Shown in pieces: positions 30,916 through 39,172 of a DNA stretch of 64,000 bases. Source of the stretch: Bacillota bacterium (GTDB lineage Bacteria; Bacillota; Clostridia; Christensenellales; CAG-138); NCBI GenBank assembly GCA_023435025.1, contig JAEYSE010000022.1:2690-66689 (forward strand), written 5' to 3'. Under the pieces are notes generated by a model. The model saw only the letters and a list, made by a program, of their open reading frames with translations. It had not been told where the DNA came from and made no database searches. Within the stretch, counting starts at the first letter, position 1. Every line of letters starts with the position of its first letter. Made by a program: the position numbers and the translations under genes.

Positions 30916-30943
30916 GCGGCTCCATGCGAGCCGCCTTTTTATT
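30916..30943 (+). terminator. Rho-independent terminator after SorC paralog 2
   Basis: GCGGCTC-CATGC-GAGCCGC followed by CTTTTTATT. Confidence 0.75.
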
Positions 30944-30971
30944 GCGCCCATATAGCCTGTCCATATATGCG

Positions 30972-30985
30972 TGAACATATGTTCA
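30972..30985. promoter_or_regulatory. Palindromic operator candidate TGAACatatGTTCA upstream of the BMC operon promoter
   Basis: Perfect 5+5 inverted repeat 17 nt upstream of the -35 candidate. It shares the 11-mer GAACATATGTT with the ABC-operon promoter (19488-19498). Confidence 0.35.
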
Positions 30986-31001
30986 ATATAGTGCCTCTAT
31001 A

Positions 31002-31030
31002 TTGACATGGGTGTATGGACGCAGTATTAT
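31002..31030 (+). promoter_or_regulatory. Sigma-70-type promoter candidate for the BMC operon
   Basis: TTGACA (31002-31007), a 17-nt spacer, then TATTAT (31025-31030). It is followed immediately by the inverted repeat TGACAAATGTCA (31036-31047) and lies about 50 nt upstream of the rpe start. Confidence 0.55.
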
Positions 31031-31079
31031 AAATTTGACAAATGTCATGAACAATGTTAAAGGTCAACAGGAGCACATC

Positions 31080-31742
31080 ATGAAGCTATCTGCGTCCATA
31101 TTGTCGGCGGACCATCTGCGTCTTGGCGCGGAAATAGAGCGGGCGGTTTCCGCCGGGTGCGAGTACCTCCACCTGGACGTCATGGACGGCCACTTCGTTC
31201 CCAATCTTGCCGTAGGTGTTTGCACCGTGGAAGCGCTCAGAGGAGAAACCCGTCTTCGCAAGGACGCGCACCTGATGGTATCCAATCCCGAAGTCCTGAT
31301 CGAGCCCTTCATCAGCGCGGGTGCAGACTCCATCACCATACACGCAGAAAGCACCCCCCACCCTATCCGCCTGCTGCGGGAAATCAAAAGAGCGGGAAAG
31401 CTCGCGGGCCTGGCTCTTACCCCCGAGACCCCGGTGGAAGCGGTGCACACCGCCCTGTTTGAAGCGGATATCGTGCTGCAAATTTCGGTCTGCGTGGGCT
31501 TTGGCGGGCAGAAGTTCATCGTCCCGGTATATGAAAAACTACGGCAACTCCGCGAATACAAGGCGCGTTACGGCCTTAACTTTGAGATACAGGTGGACGG
31601 GGGCATCAACGCCGAAACCGCAGGCATTGCCGCTGAATGCGGCGCCGAAGTCCTGGTGGCCGGCTCCGCGCTGTTCTGCGCGGCGGATATGAGGTCTGCT
31701 GCGAACGCTTTACGTAACCCAACGCCAAACGGCGTATATTGA
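31080..31742 (+). CDS. rpe: Ribulose-phosphate 3-epimerase
   Basis: MKLSASILSADHLRLGAEIERAVSAGCEYLHLDVMDGHFVPNL... is a canonical Rpe N-terminus (S.L.AD, H.DVMDG.FVPN), with VDGGI later. RBS AACAGGAG lies upstream. I rejected the tracked TTG extension from 31002 because it overlaps the promoter. Confidence 0.9.
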   Translation: MKLSASILSADHLRLGAEIERAVSAGCEYLHLDVMDGHFVPNLAVGVCTVEALRGETRLRKDAHLMVSNPEVLIEPFISAGADSITIHAESTPHPIRLLREIKRAGKLAGLALTPETPVEAVHTALFEADIVLQISVCVGFGGQKFIVPVYEKLRQLREYKARYGLNFEIQVDGGINAETAGIAAECGAEVLVAGSALFCAADMRSAANALRNPTPNGVY

Positions 31743-31766
31743 GTAACGGAAATTGGAGGGAATGGT

Positions 31767-32555
31767 ATGGGTCTATATTCCGACAACCTGAAGGATAAGG
31801 TCTGTGTGGTAACGGGCGCGGCAAAAAGCATCGGCTTTGCCATTGCGCAAAAGTATGCCGAGCAGGGCGCAAAAGTGGTGCTTCTGGACATCGATCCGTT
31901 GGTGGAGCGTTCCGCCGAAGAACTGCGGGAAAAGGGGTTCCAGGCGTTCGGCGCCGTGCTCAACATCACGGACAGGGAGGCTGTGTTAAAGACCTTCGAG
32001 CGTATCGTGGAGGAGCACGGCGAGATCTATGCGCTGATCAATAACGCGGGCGCAGTAGACCAGAGGCCCTTTGAAGAAAACGACGAGGCCGTGTTCGAAA
32101 AGATGTTTAAAATCAACGTCTATGGCACCGCCTGGTGCATTCAGGGCGCAATCGAAAGCATGAAGCGGCAGAAGGATGGCCGCATCATCAACTTCTCCTC
32201 CAAATCCGGCAAGACGGGTTCGGCACTGATGGGCCCGTACAGCGCGGCAAAAGGAGCGATCATTTCACTGACTCAGGCGCTCGCGTACGAGTACGCGCCC
32301 TACAACATCAAAATCAACTGTGTTTGCCCCGGCATTACGGACGCCACGGGCGTATGGTCCAGCGTGAGCGCCGGGTATATCGACAACCTGCATCTTCCCC
32401 GGGAAGAGGTCATCAAGAAATTCACGGCAAAGGTGCCTTTGGGAAGGCTTACGGATAAGCAGGATCTGGTGGACTTTGTGTTCTTCCTCACGGTATCCGG
32501 GGATTACTGCACCGGGCAGGCGTTCAACATCACCGGCGGCCGAGAGATGCACTAA
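31767..32555 (+). CDS. Short-chain dehydrogenase/reductase, sorbitol-6-phosphate dehydrogenase (SrlD)-like
   Basis: 262 aa. Shows TGAAKSIG (Rossmann) and YSAAK (catalytic Y-x3-K). [12 protein letters not shown]...[16 protein letters not shown] resembles my recollection of E. coli SrlD (INSKSGKVGS...YCTGQSINVTGGQVMF). Confidence 0.85.
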   Translation: MGLYSDNLKDKVCVVTGAAKSIGFAIAQKYAEQGAKVVLLDIDPLVERSAEELREKGFQAFGAVLNITDREAVLKTFERIVEEHGEIYALINNAGAVDQRPFEENDEAVFEKMFKINVYGTAWCIQGAIESMKRQKDGRIINFSSKSGKTGSALMGPYSAAKGAIISLTQALAYEYAPYNIKINCVCPGITDATGVWSSVSAGYIDNLHLPREEVIKKFTAKVPLGRLTDKQDLVDFVFFLTVSGDYCTGQAFNITGGREMH

Positions 32556-32566
32556 AGGAGGCGCGT

Positions 32567-33406
32567 ATGGATATTGAAAAACTCGTCCGGGAAATCACCG
32601 CGGAGGTTCTAAAAGAAGTGGGCGGTACGGCGGGCACATCCGCGCTGCAGCCCAGAGAATCCAAAAGGGACATGAGCTACGGCAAATACATGGATCATAC
32701 CGTACTCAAGCCCGAAACCATAAGATCTTCCGTGAAGCGCTTCTGCGACGAAGCGAAGGAATGGGGCTTCGCCAGCGTATGCGTCAACCCCACGCACGTG
32801 AAATTCGTGTCCAATGAGCTCAAGGGCACAAGCGTGAAAACCTGCTGCGTCATCGGCTTCCCTCTGGGCGCGAACACGCCCTTTGTCAAGGCCGTGGAGG
32901 CAATGGAAGCCGTCAAGAACGGCGCCAACGAAGTGGACATGGTCATCAACGTTGGCGCGCTCAAGGATAAGGATTACGACCTGGTACTCGCGGATATCAA
33001 GGGCGTGGTGGACGCCGCGCATCCCACAGCAGAGGTCAAGGTCATCATCGAAACCTGCCTGCTGACGGACGAGGAAAAGGTTCGCGCGTGCGAGCTTGCC
33101 AAGCAGGCCGGTGCGGATTTTGTAAAGACGTCCACGGGCTTCGGCTCTGGTGGGGCGACTGTGGAAGACATCCGGCTCATGAAGCGCACCGTGGGGGACA
33201 GCATGCGTGTGAAGGCCTCCACCGGCATCAACGACAGGGCCATCTGCGACGCCATGATCGCTGCAGGCGCCGTGCGCATGGGCACCAGCAAGGGCATTAA
33301 GATCATAATGGGCGAGGAAGAGCAGAAGCAGTGCACGAACTGCGGCAACTGCAAAGCCTCCTGCCCAAGCGGTAACGTGACCATCCAGAAAAAGAGCGAC
33401 TATTAA
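32567..33406 (+). CDS. deoC: Deoxyribose-phosphate aldolase family enzyme with an encapsulation-peptide-like N-terminus and a C-terminal CX2CX2CX3CP tail
   Basis: 279 aa. The DeoC core has [21 protein letters not shown] (Schiff-base Lys context) and VKASTGI. About 35 extra N-terminal residues begin [18 protein letters not shown] (amphipathic helix). About 35 extra C-terminal residues contain [12 protein letters not shown]. Confidence 0.9.
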   Translation: MDIEKLVREITAEVLKEVGGTAGTSALQPRESKRDMSYGKYMDHTVLKPETIRSSVKRFCDEAKEWGFASVCVNPTHVKFVSNELKGTSVKTCCVIGFPLGANTPFVKAVEAMEAVKNGANEVDMVINVGALKDKDYDLVLADIKGVVDAAHPTAEVKVIIETCLLTDEEKVRACELAKQAGADFVKTSTGFGSGGATVEDIRLMKRTVGDSMRVKASTGINDRAICDAMIAAGAVRMGTSKGIKIIMGEEEQKQCTNCGNCKASCPSGNVTIQKKSDY

Positions 33407-33431
33407 AGAATCAGTAAGGAGAATGTGAAAT

Positions 33432-33707
33432 ATGGATAAGCAGGCATTGGGCATGGTGGAAACAAGGGGTCTGGTCGGCGCGATTGAAGCGGCGGACGCC
33501 ATGGTAAAAGCGGCCAACGTAACGTTGGTTGGCAAAGAACAGATCGGCTCGGGCCTTGTCACCGTTATGGTGCGCGGCGACGTCGGCGCAGTCAAGGCCA
33601 GCGTGGACGCAGGCGCGGCGGCGGCCAAGCGCGTGGGTGAACTCGTAAGCGTGCATGTCATACCCCGGCCCCATCAGGATGTGGAGAACATACTCCCCGC
33701 GAAATGA
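33432..33707 (+). CDS. BMC-H shell protein (PduA/EutM-type hexamer, Pfam BMC domain)
   Basis: 91 aa. [77 protein letters not shown] is a textbook PF00936 sequence. Confidence 0.95.
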   Translation: MDKQALGMVETRGLVGAIEAADAMVKAANVTLVGKEQIGSGLVTVMVRGDVGAVKASVDAGAAAAKRVGELVSVHVIPRPHQDVENILPAK

Positions 33708-33732
33708 CCGCGAAGACTTTTAGGAGGGCAAT

Positions 33733-34497
33733 ATGGATCTCGCTTTGAAAGGAAAAACCGTGTTGGTCACGGGCGGCGCGGCCGGCTTAGGCGCGGGCAT
33801 CTGTGAGGTGTTCGCGCAGGAGGGCGCGAACCTGATGGTCAACTATATCGCCAACGAACCGGACGCGAAGCAGTTTGCAAAGACGCTGTACAACCGCTTC
33901 GGCGGCAGGCATATGGCCATTTATGGGGACGTCACCAGCGCGCAGGATGTCGACAATATGATCGACACCGCCGTCAAGGAATACGGCCATCTGGACATTG
34001 TGGTCAACAACGCTGGCATCTGGCCGACTACGCTGGTTGAAAACATGTCCGATGACGAGTGGAACAAGGTCATCAACATCAACCTCACGGGTCCGTTCAT
34101 GGTATCAAAAAGGGCCTGCGTGTATTACAAGAACGCCGGTATCCGCGGGCGCATCGTCAACATTTCTTCAAAATCCGCGTTTGCCGTGAATACTGAAGCG
34201 CACGCGCACTACGTATCCGCCAAAGGCGGGGTTGTGCTGTTAACCAAGGCGCTCGCGCGTGAGTTCTCGCAATACGGCATTATCGTAAACGGCGTGACGC
34301 CGGGCATGGTCAGGACGCCGCTCAACGAGGATAAACTCAGCAACCCGGATATTCTGGCCGCCTATGTTCAGCGCATTCCTTCCGGGCGCGTATCCACCGC
34401 GCAGGAGGTGGGCTATGCGGTAGCGTTTTTAGCCTCCAGCAAGGCGGACTTCATCAACGGAACCTGCGTGGACGTCACCGGCGGCATGCTGATATAA
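33733..34497 (+). CDS. Short-chain dehydrogenase/reductase (FabG/gluconate-5-dehydrogenase-like)
   Basis: 254 aa. Shows TGGAAGLG, NNAG and YVSAK (Y-x3-K), and ends INGTCVDVTGGMLI. Confidence 0.88.
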   Translation: MDLALKGKTVLVTGGAAGLGAGICEVFAQEGANLMVNYIANEPDAKQFAKTLYNRFGGRHMAIYGDVTSAQDVDNMIDTAVKEYGHLDIVVNNAGIWPTTLVENMSDDEWNKVININLTGPFMVSKRACVYYKNAGIRGRIVNISSKSAFAVNTEAHAHYVSAKGGVVLLTKALAREFSQYGIIVNGVTPGMVRTPLNEDKLSNPDILAAYVQRIPSGRVSTAQEVGYAVAFLASSKADFINGTCVDVTGGMLI

Positions 34498-34549
34498 CGA
34501 GGCAATCAAGGTATCTTATTAAAAATCTGAGTTTCAGGAGTACAGGGTT

Positions 34550-35206
34550 ATGTATGAAGCGCAAAAGCGTGAGGTCATAAAAACAGGGCTGGCGATGAAA
34601 GAAACAAGGCTTATCAGCCTTTCCGGCGGAAATGTGAGCCTGCGTTTAGAAAACGGCCACATATTGGTGACTCCCTCCGGCATGATCTACGAGGATATGA
34701 AAGAGGACGACATTCCGGTTCTTGACGCCGACGGCAAGCGTATAGAAGGCACGCTTCGCGAATCCGTGGATACGGTGGCTCTGCTCTACATTTTCGCGCA
34801 TATGCCGCATGTCAACGCGATTCTGCATACCCATCAGCCGTACGCAACCGCTGCGGGGCTCTTAGGCGACGTGCTCCCCGCCGCGGTGACCACGCTCTGT
34901 AACGTTGCCCTAGGGCCGGTCAATGTAGCACCCTACTGCTCCGCTGCAAGTGTTGATATGGGCATACAGACGGTGCAGCACATCGGTGAGCGCCGCGCGG
35001 TCATACTCAAGCACCACGGCGTCATCACGGTGGGCAAGGACTTAAAGGAAGCCCTGTATGCCGCCGTGTATATGGAAGACGCCGCGCTCACCTGGCTCAT
35101 GGCAAAGGCGGCGGGCGTACCTGCGCTGCTGACACCGGAACAAATAACAGACGCCGTAGAGATTCATAAGACCTACGGCCAGCCTAAAAAAGGCCATGGA
35201 GCCTGA
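34550..35206 (+). CDS. Class II aldolase/adducin-family protein (L-fuculose-P aldolase or L-ribulose-5-P 4-epimerase-like)
   Basis: 218 aa. Shows GGNVSLRL, the metal His cluster ILHTHQPYATA, and KHHGVITVGKDLKEA. These are the conserved blocks of FucA/AraD/UlaF-type enzymes. I cannot discriminate aldolase from epimerase by eye. Confidence 0.85.
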   Translation: MYEAQKREVIKTGLAMKETRLISLSGGNVSLRLENGHILVTPSGMIYEDMKEDDIPVLDADGKRIEGTLRESVDTVALLYIFAHMPHVNAILHTHQPYATAAGLLGDVLPAAVTTLCNVALGPVNVAPYCSAASVDMGIQTVQHIGERRAVILKHHGVITVGKDLKEALYAAVYMEDAALTWLMAKAAGVPALLTPEQITDAVEIHKTYGQPKKGHGA

Positions 35207-35855
35207 GGCGCTCCGGCGGCGGGTGACGCTTGCCGTAACCAAACAACTTTTTCTTGCCGGCCAGGGACGGTATGTGCCCGCGGCTGTCTCGGCACGCCAC
35301 CTGCACCTTTGCCCGGCAGACGTTGAAGTGCTTTTTGGCAAGGGATATTCGCTCAACAGGGAACGGGATCTTGTGCAGCCCGGCCAGTACGTCTGCACGG
35401 AGAAAGTCGCGTTTGTGGGGTCCAAGGGCCGCATAGATGGTATCCGCGTGCTTGGCCCGACGCGAAAAGAAACGCAGGTGGAGCTTTCCATGACGGATTG
35501 CTACAAGGTGGGTATCGTCCCATTTGTGCGGATGTCCGGAGAGCTTGCAAACACAACGGGCGGGAAACTCATTGGCCCTGCAGGCGAGGTGACGCTGAAC
35601 AGCGGCGTTATCGTGGCTGCACGGCATCTGCATATGTCAACGGAACAGGCTGCGCTCTATGGGCTAAAAGACGGAGACGTTGTGGACGCCAGGATGTCTG
35701 GTGACAGGGGCGCCGTATTCTTAAATATCCCGGTACGCGCCGGGAGCGCACATGAAATGGAACTGCATCTGGATACCGATGAAGCCAATGCTGCGGGTTT
35801 TCGCGGCGGGCTTGTCGAACTCTTGGAGCATAACGGGGGTCAGTATGGTAGATGA
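35196..35855 (+). CDS. pduL: Phosphate acyltransferase PduL (phosphotransacylase)
   Basis: 219 aa. Two PduL repeats are present (SARHLHLCPADVEVLFG and ARHLHMSTEQAALYG), plus the C-terminal HLDTDEANAAG. About 30 extra N-terminal residues (MEPEALRRRVTLAVTKQLF) could be a targeting helix. The start overlaps the upstream stop by 11 nt. Confidence 0.9.
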   Translation: MEPEALRRRVTLAVTKQLFLAGQGRYVPAAVSARHLHLCPADVEVLFGKGYSLNRERDLVQPGQYVCTEKVAFVGSKGRIDGIRVLGPTRKETQVELSMTDCYKVGIVPFVRMSGELANTTGGKLIGPAGEVTLNSGVIVAARHLHMSTEQAALYGLKDGDVVDARMSGDRGAVFLNIPVRAGSAHEMELHLDTDEANAAGFRGGLVELLEHNGGQYGR

Positions 35856-36492
35856 GGAACTGATTGCACGTATTACGCGGGAAGTGCTCGCCCGCATCCC
35901 GAATGCGCCGCAGCCTAAGACGCTCGTGGTGTTCCCCGGGTATTTGTATGAGCAGGACGCCGTTGCAAAGCATCTGGCTGAAAAGCACGGCAGCGCGGAA
36001 GTGGCGCTGTTTGGGGATGCGGCGGTTCGGCATCCGCAGCTTACCGTGGTTGAAACAGGCACGCAGGCGCAAAGGCAACAGCTTGCAATGCGGCTAAGTG
36101 GCTATGAGAATATCGTGATTGTCACCCCGCCTTTGGAATACCTCTATGTCGCGGCAGAAGGCGATGATTCGCGCCTGGATACGGCGCTGATGCTTCGCCC
36201 GCTGCTGTGGCGCAAAAAAGTGACGCTGCTGTTGGATTATGTGCCGCCCAGGAACAGAAGCGGGTTCTCCCGGCTGACCGACAGCCTGGAGATGCTGCAG
36301 AATATGGGTGCCGCAATTGAAACGCTGCCGAGGCTTTCCAACGCGGGTGGCGAAGCGAAAGAACTGGTCAGTGCCCAGGACATCCGGGACGCCGCGGCAG
36401 GTTCGGGGTATATCCGTCTGGCGCCCCGCGCCATCATCACGCCGCTTGCGGCCGATATGGCGAAGGAACTGGATGTAACAATAGAAAGGTAA
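35845..36492 (+). CDS. Uncharacterised BMC-associated protein with an encapsulation-peptide-like N-terminus
   Basis: 215 aa from the ATG at 35845, overlapping the pduL end by 11 nt. Begins MVDEELIARITREVLARIPN (amphipathic helix followed by a Pro-rich linker). I recognise no catalytic motif. The C-terminus reads IRLAPRAIITPLAADMAKELDVTIE. I rejected the tracked start at 35752 because it would overlap pduL by about 100 nt. Confidence 0.65.
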   Translation: MVDEELIARITREVLARIPNAPQPKTLVVFPGYLYEQDAVAKHLAEKHGSAEVALFGDAAVRHPQLTVVETGTQAQRQQLAMRLSGYENIVIVTPPLEYLYVAAEGDDSRLDTALMLRPLLWRKKVTLLLDYVPPRNRSGFSRLTDSLEMLQNMGAAIETLPRLSNAGGEAKELVSAQDIRDAAAGSGYIRLAPRAIITPLAADMAKELDVTIER

Positions 36493-36502
36493 GGAACACC
36501 TT

Positions 36503-36805
36503 ATGCAGATCGCACGGGTTCGGGGAAGCGTGGTAAGTACAAATAAAACCGAGAAGCTGCATGGGCTAAAACTGCTTGTGGTGGTACCCATTGAGTTGAA
36601 CTCGTTTGAGGAGAAGGGCTCCCCCATCGTCGCCATCGATACCGTTGGCGCGGGGCCGGGAGAGGTCGTAATGCTCTGCGGCGGAAGTTCCTCGCGGCAG
36701 ACGCCGCTTACCGAAAACAAGCCCTCCGATATGGCAATCGTGGCGATCATCGATTCGATAGAGATGAACGGCAATACCATTTTCAGAAAGTATGGCGGCG
36801 ACTGA
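36503..36805 (+). CDS. BMC-P vertex (pentamer) protein, EutN/CcmL family (paralog 1)
   Basis: 100 aa. MQIARVRGSVVSTNKTEKLHGLKLLVV...AIDTVGAGPGEVVMLCGGSSSR...AIVAIIDSIE is a typical PF03319 pattern. Confidence 0.9.
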   Translation: MQIARVRGSVVSTNKTEKLHGLKLLVVVPIELNSFEEKGSPIVAIDTVGAGPGEVVMLCGGSSSRQTPLTENKPSDMAIVAIIDSIEMNGNTIFRKYGGD

Positions 36806-36822
36806 GCGGGAATGAGGAAAAT

Positions 36823-38241
36823 ATGAGCCTGACAGATCAACAGATTCAAAGCATTGTGGAGGACACGCTTAAGAATCTCCGGCGCGTGCATACCGGAGCG
36901 GGCGTGCAGGCGGAAGCGGGCGCAAGCTGGCTTTGCGACACTATGGATGAAGCAGTTTCTCTTGCTGCGGCCGCGCAGAGGGAACTGATGCAAAAAACGC
37001 TCGCGGACCGCGAGCGGTATATAGAAGCCATGCGCCATGCCGCCAAAGAAAATGTGTTGAAGCTTTCGGAGCTGGCGCACCAGGAAACGGGCTATGGCAG
37101 CGTGGAGCATAAGAAGCTCAAGAACCTCCTGGCGATCGAAAAAACGCCGGGCGTTGAGGACTTGCAATCTGACGCTGTTTCCGGGGATTTCGGGCTGACG
37201 TTAATTGAACGGGCGCCTTTTGGCGTTATCGGAGCCATTACGCCCTCCACCAACCCGACTTCCACTGTCATCAACAACAGCATCAGCATGATAGCGGCTG
37301 GAAACGCCGTGGTGTTCAACCCGCATCCTGCGGCTAAACGCGCCTCCACCGAGGCCATGCGAATTCTCAACGAAGCCATCCGCGCGGCGGGCGGGCCAAA
37401 AACACTCATCTGCACTGTGAAGGAGCCCTCTCAGGAAAGCGGCAAAGCTTTAATGGAGCATAAGAATGTTCCGCTGCTGGCAATCACCGGAGGCGAAGCT
37501 GTGGTACGCCTCGCGATGAAGACAGGCAAGAAGGTAATCGCCGCAGGGCCCGGCAACCCACCGGTGATTGTGGACGATACCGCCCTTATCGAAAAAGCAG
37601 CCAAGGATATTGTGGATGGCGCGAGCTTTGACAACAACGTGCTGTGCATCGCCGAAAAAGAGGTATTCGTATATGAAGGTGTGGCGGGCGCGCTGATCAT
37701 GGGCATGCAAAAGCACGGCGCGTATCTTGCCAGTACGGGCGAAACGGAGAAGATCGTCAACACCGTGTTCACGAAAAAGGACGGCAGGTATATTCTCAAC
37801 CGCCAGTTCGTGGGCAAGCCGGCAACGCAAATCCTGCGCGAAAGCGGCATCCGCTTTGACGGAAGCCCGCGCCTTGTAATTGCCGATGTGGATGAATGCC
37901 ATCCATTCGTCACCGCTGAAATGTTGATGCCGGTATTGGGCATTGTGCGCGTCAAGCACGATATCCACGCAGCCATAGAAAAGGCCATTATCGCAGAGGA
38001 CGGCTGCAGGCATACCGCCATCATGCATTCTCAAAACGTCAGCCACCTTTCCATGGCAGCGAAGGCGCTCAATACGACCATATTTGTAAAGAACGCGCCC
38101 TCCTACGCGGGGCTTGGGTTCAACGGCGAGGGGTTTGCCTCCCTTACCATCGCGACGCCGACTGGAGAAGGCATTACCAGCGCGCGGACGTTTACACGCA
38201 GCCGTAGGTGCGTACTATACGGGGATTTTAGGATCGTTTGA
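36823..38241 (+). CDS. CoA-acylating aldehyde dehydrogenase (PduP/EutE-like) with an encapsulation-peptide-like N-terminus
   Basis: 472 aa. Shows GPGNPPVIVDDTA, and DNNVLCIAEKEVFV for the catalytic Cys context as in EutE/PduP. The N-terminus MSLTDQQIQSIVEDTLKNL is amphipathic. Confidence 0.92.
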   Translation: MSLTDQQIQSIVEDTLKNLRRVHTGAGVQAEAGASWLCDTMDEAVSLAAAAQRELMQKTLADRERYIEAMRHAAKENVLKLSELAHQETGYGSVEHKKLKNLLAIEKTPGVEDLQSDAVSGDFGLTLIERAPFGVIGAITPSTNPTSTVINNSISMIAAGNAVVFNPHPAAKRASTEAMRILNEAIRAAGGPKTLICTVKEPSQESGKALMEHKNVPLLAITGGEAVVRLAMKTGKKVIAAGPGNPPVIVDDTALIEKAAKDIVDGASFDNNVLCIAEKEVFVYEGVAGALIMGMQKHGAYLASTGETEKIVNTVFTKKDGRYILNRQFVGKPATQILRESGIRFDGSPRLVIADVDECHPFVTAEMLMPVLGIVRVKHDIHAAIEKAIIAEDGCRHTAIMHSQNVSHLSMAAKALNTTIFVKNAPSYAGLGFNGEGFASLTIATPTGEGITSARTFTRSRRCVLYGDFRIV

Positions 38242-38284
38242 TCCGCAGGCATAAAACAAAAACTTGAAATAAGGAGCGTTTCAA

Positions 38285-38602
38285 ATGGAACTGCAGGCAT
38301 TGGGAATGGTGGAAACAAGGGGTCTCGTCGGCGCGATTGAAGCGGCGGACGCGATGGTAAAAGCGGCGAACGTCTTCCTGGTAGGCAAGGAACAGATCGG
38401 CGCGGGACTGGTCACCGTTATGGTGCGCGGCGATGTTGGCGCGGTAAAGGCTTCAGTTGACGCGGGCGCCGCAGCGGCCAAACGCGTGGGGGAACTAGTA
38501 AGCGTACATGTGATCCCACGCCCTCATGCGGATGTGGAACGAATACTTCCCACCGTGCAAAAGAAGGCGGAAAAGCCGGAGAAAGCTGAAAAGAAGGCAT
38601 AG
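38285..38602 (+). CDS. BMC-H shell protein with a Lys/Glu-rich C-terminal tail
   Basis: 105 aa. The BMC-domain core is nearly identical to the 33432 gene. The tail is [16 protein letters not shown]. Confidence 0.95.
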   Translation: MELQALGMVETRGLVGAIEAADAMVKAANVFLVGKEQIGAGLVTVMVRGDVGAVKASVDAGAAAAKRVGELVSVHVIPRPHADVERILPTVQKKAEKPEKAEKKA

Positions 38603-38604
38603 GG

Positions 38605-38868
38605 ATGTATACGGGCGTCGTGGTTGGCTCGGTGGTAAGCACCGTCAAAAACGAAAGCATGAGGGGCATCAAGCTGCTTGTGGTGGAGAAGCGCGAAAAC
38701 GGTAAGCCGGCCGGGCTTATCGTTTCGGCTGACGGCACCAGGCAGGCGGGCAAGGGCGACCATGTCTACCTGATAGGCAGCAAGGAAGCAAGCTTGCTGT
38801 TTGCGGAGCATGGACCGGTGGCGGTGGACTCCGCCATCATCGGGTTTATTGACAGAGTTAACGAATAA
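38605..38868 (+). CDS. BMC-P vertex protein, EutN/CcmL family (paralog 2)
   Basis: 87 aa. MYTGVVVGSVVSTVKNESMRGIKLLVV...GDHVYLIGSKEA...AIIGFIDRV. Confidence 0.88.
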   Translation: MYTGVVVGSVVSTVKNESMRGIKLLVVEKRENGKPAGLIVSADGTRQAGKGDHVYLIGSKEASLLFAEHGPVAVDSAIIGFIDRVNE

Positions 38869-38889
38869 AGAAGGGAGCATTACTGGGAT

Positions 38890-39162
38890 ATGGATAAACA
38901 GGCATTGGGCATGGTGGAAACCAAGGGACTGGTCGGCGCGATAGAGGCGGCGGACGCCATGGTAAAAGCGGCGGATGTGCGGCTGATCGGCAAGGAGCGC
39001 ATCGGCTCAGGGCTGGTCACGGTCATGGTACGCGGCGATGTCGGCGCGGTGAAGGCCAGTGTAGACGCGGGCGCGGCTGCGGCCAAGCGCATAGGGGAGC
39101 TCGTCAGCGTTCATGTCATCCCCCGGCCGCATGAAGATGTGGAGGGCATCCTCCCTCAGTAA
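38890..39162 (+). CDS. BMC-H shell protein (third paralog)
   Basis: 90 aa. [57 protein letters not shown]...VHVIPRPH. Confidence 0.95.
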   Translation: MDKQALGMVETKGLVGAIEAADAMVKAADVRLIGKERIGSGLVTVMVRGDVGAVKASVDAGAAAAKRIGELVSVHVIPRPHEDVEGILPQ

Positions 39163-39172
39163 GGAGGCGTCT

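Noticed and set aside
31002-31079. The TTG-initiated N-terminal extension of rpe in the ORF track.
   Set aside because: The extension coincides with the predicted -35/-10 and operator palindrome. The canonical Rpe N-terminus starts at ATG 31080 with an RBS upstream.
36094-37167. A 357-aa minus-strand ORF inside the BMC operon, and the similar 350-aa ORF at 32609-33661.
   Set aside because: They are antisense to the unknown BMC protein, BMC-P and AldDH genes, and to the DeoC and BMC-H genes respectively. All of those have strong family signatures. The antisense ORFs have no RBS and no recognisable motif, so they are shadow ORFs.
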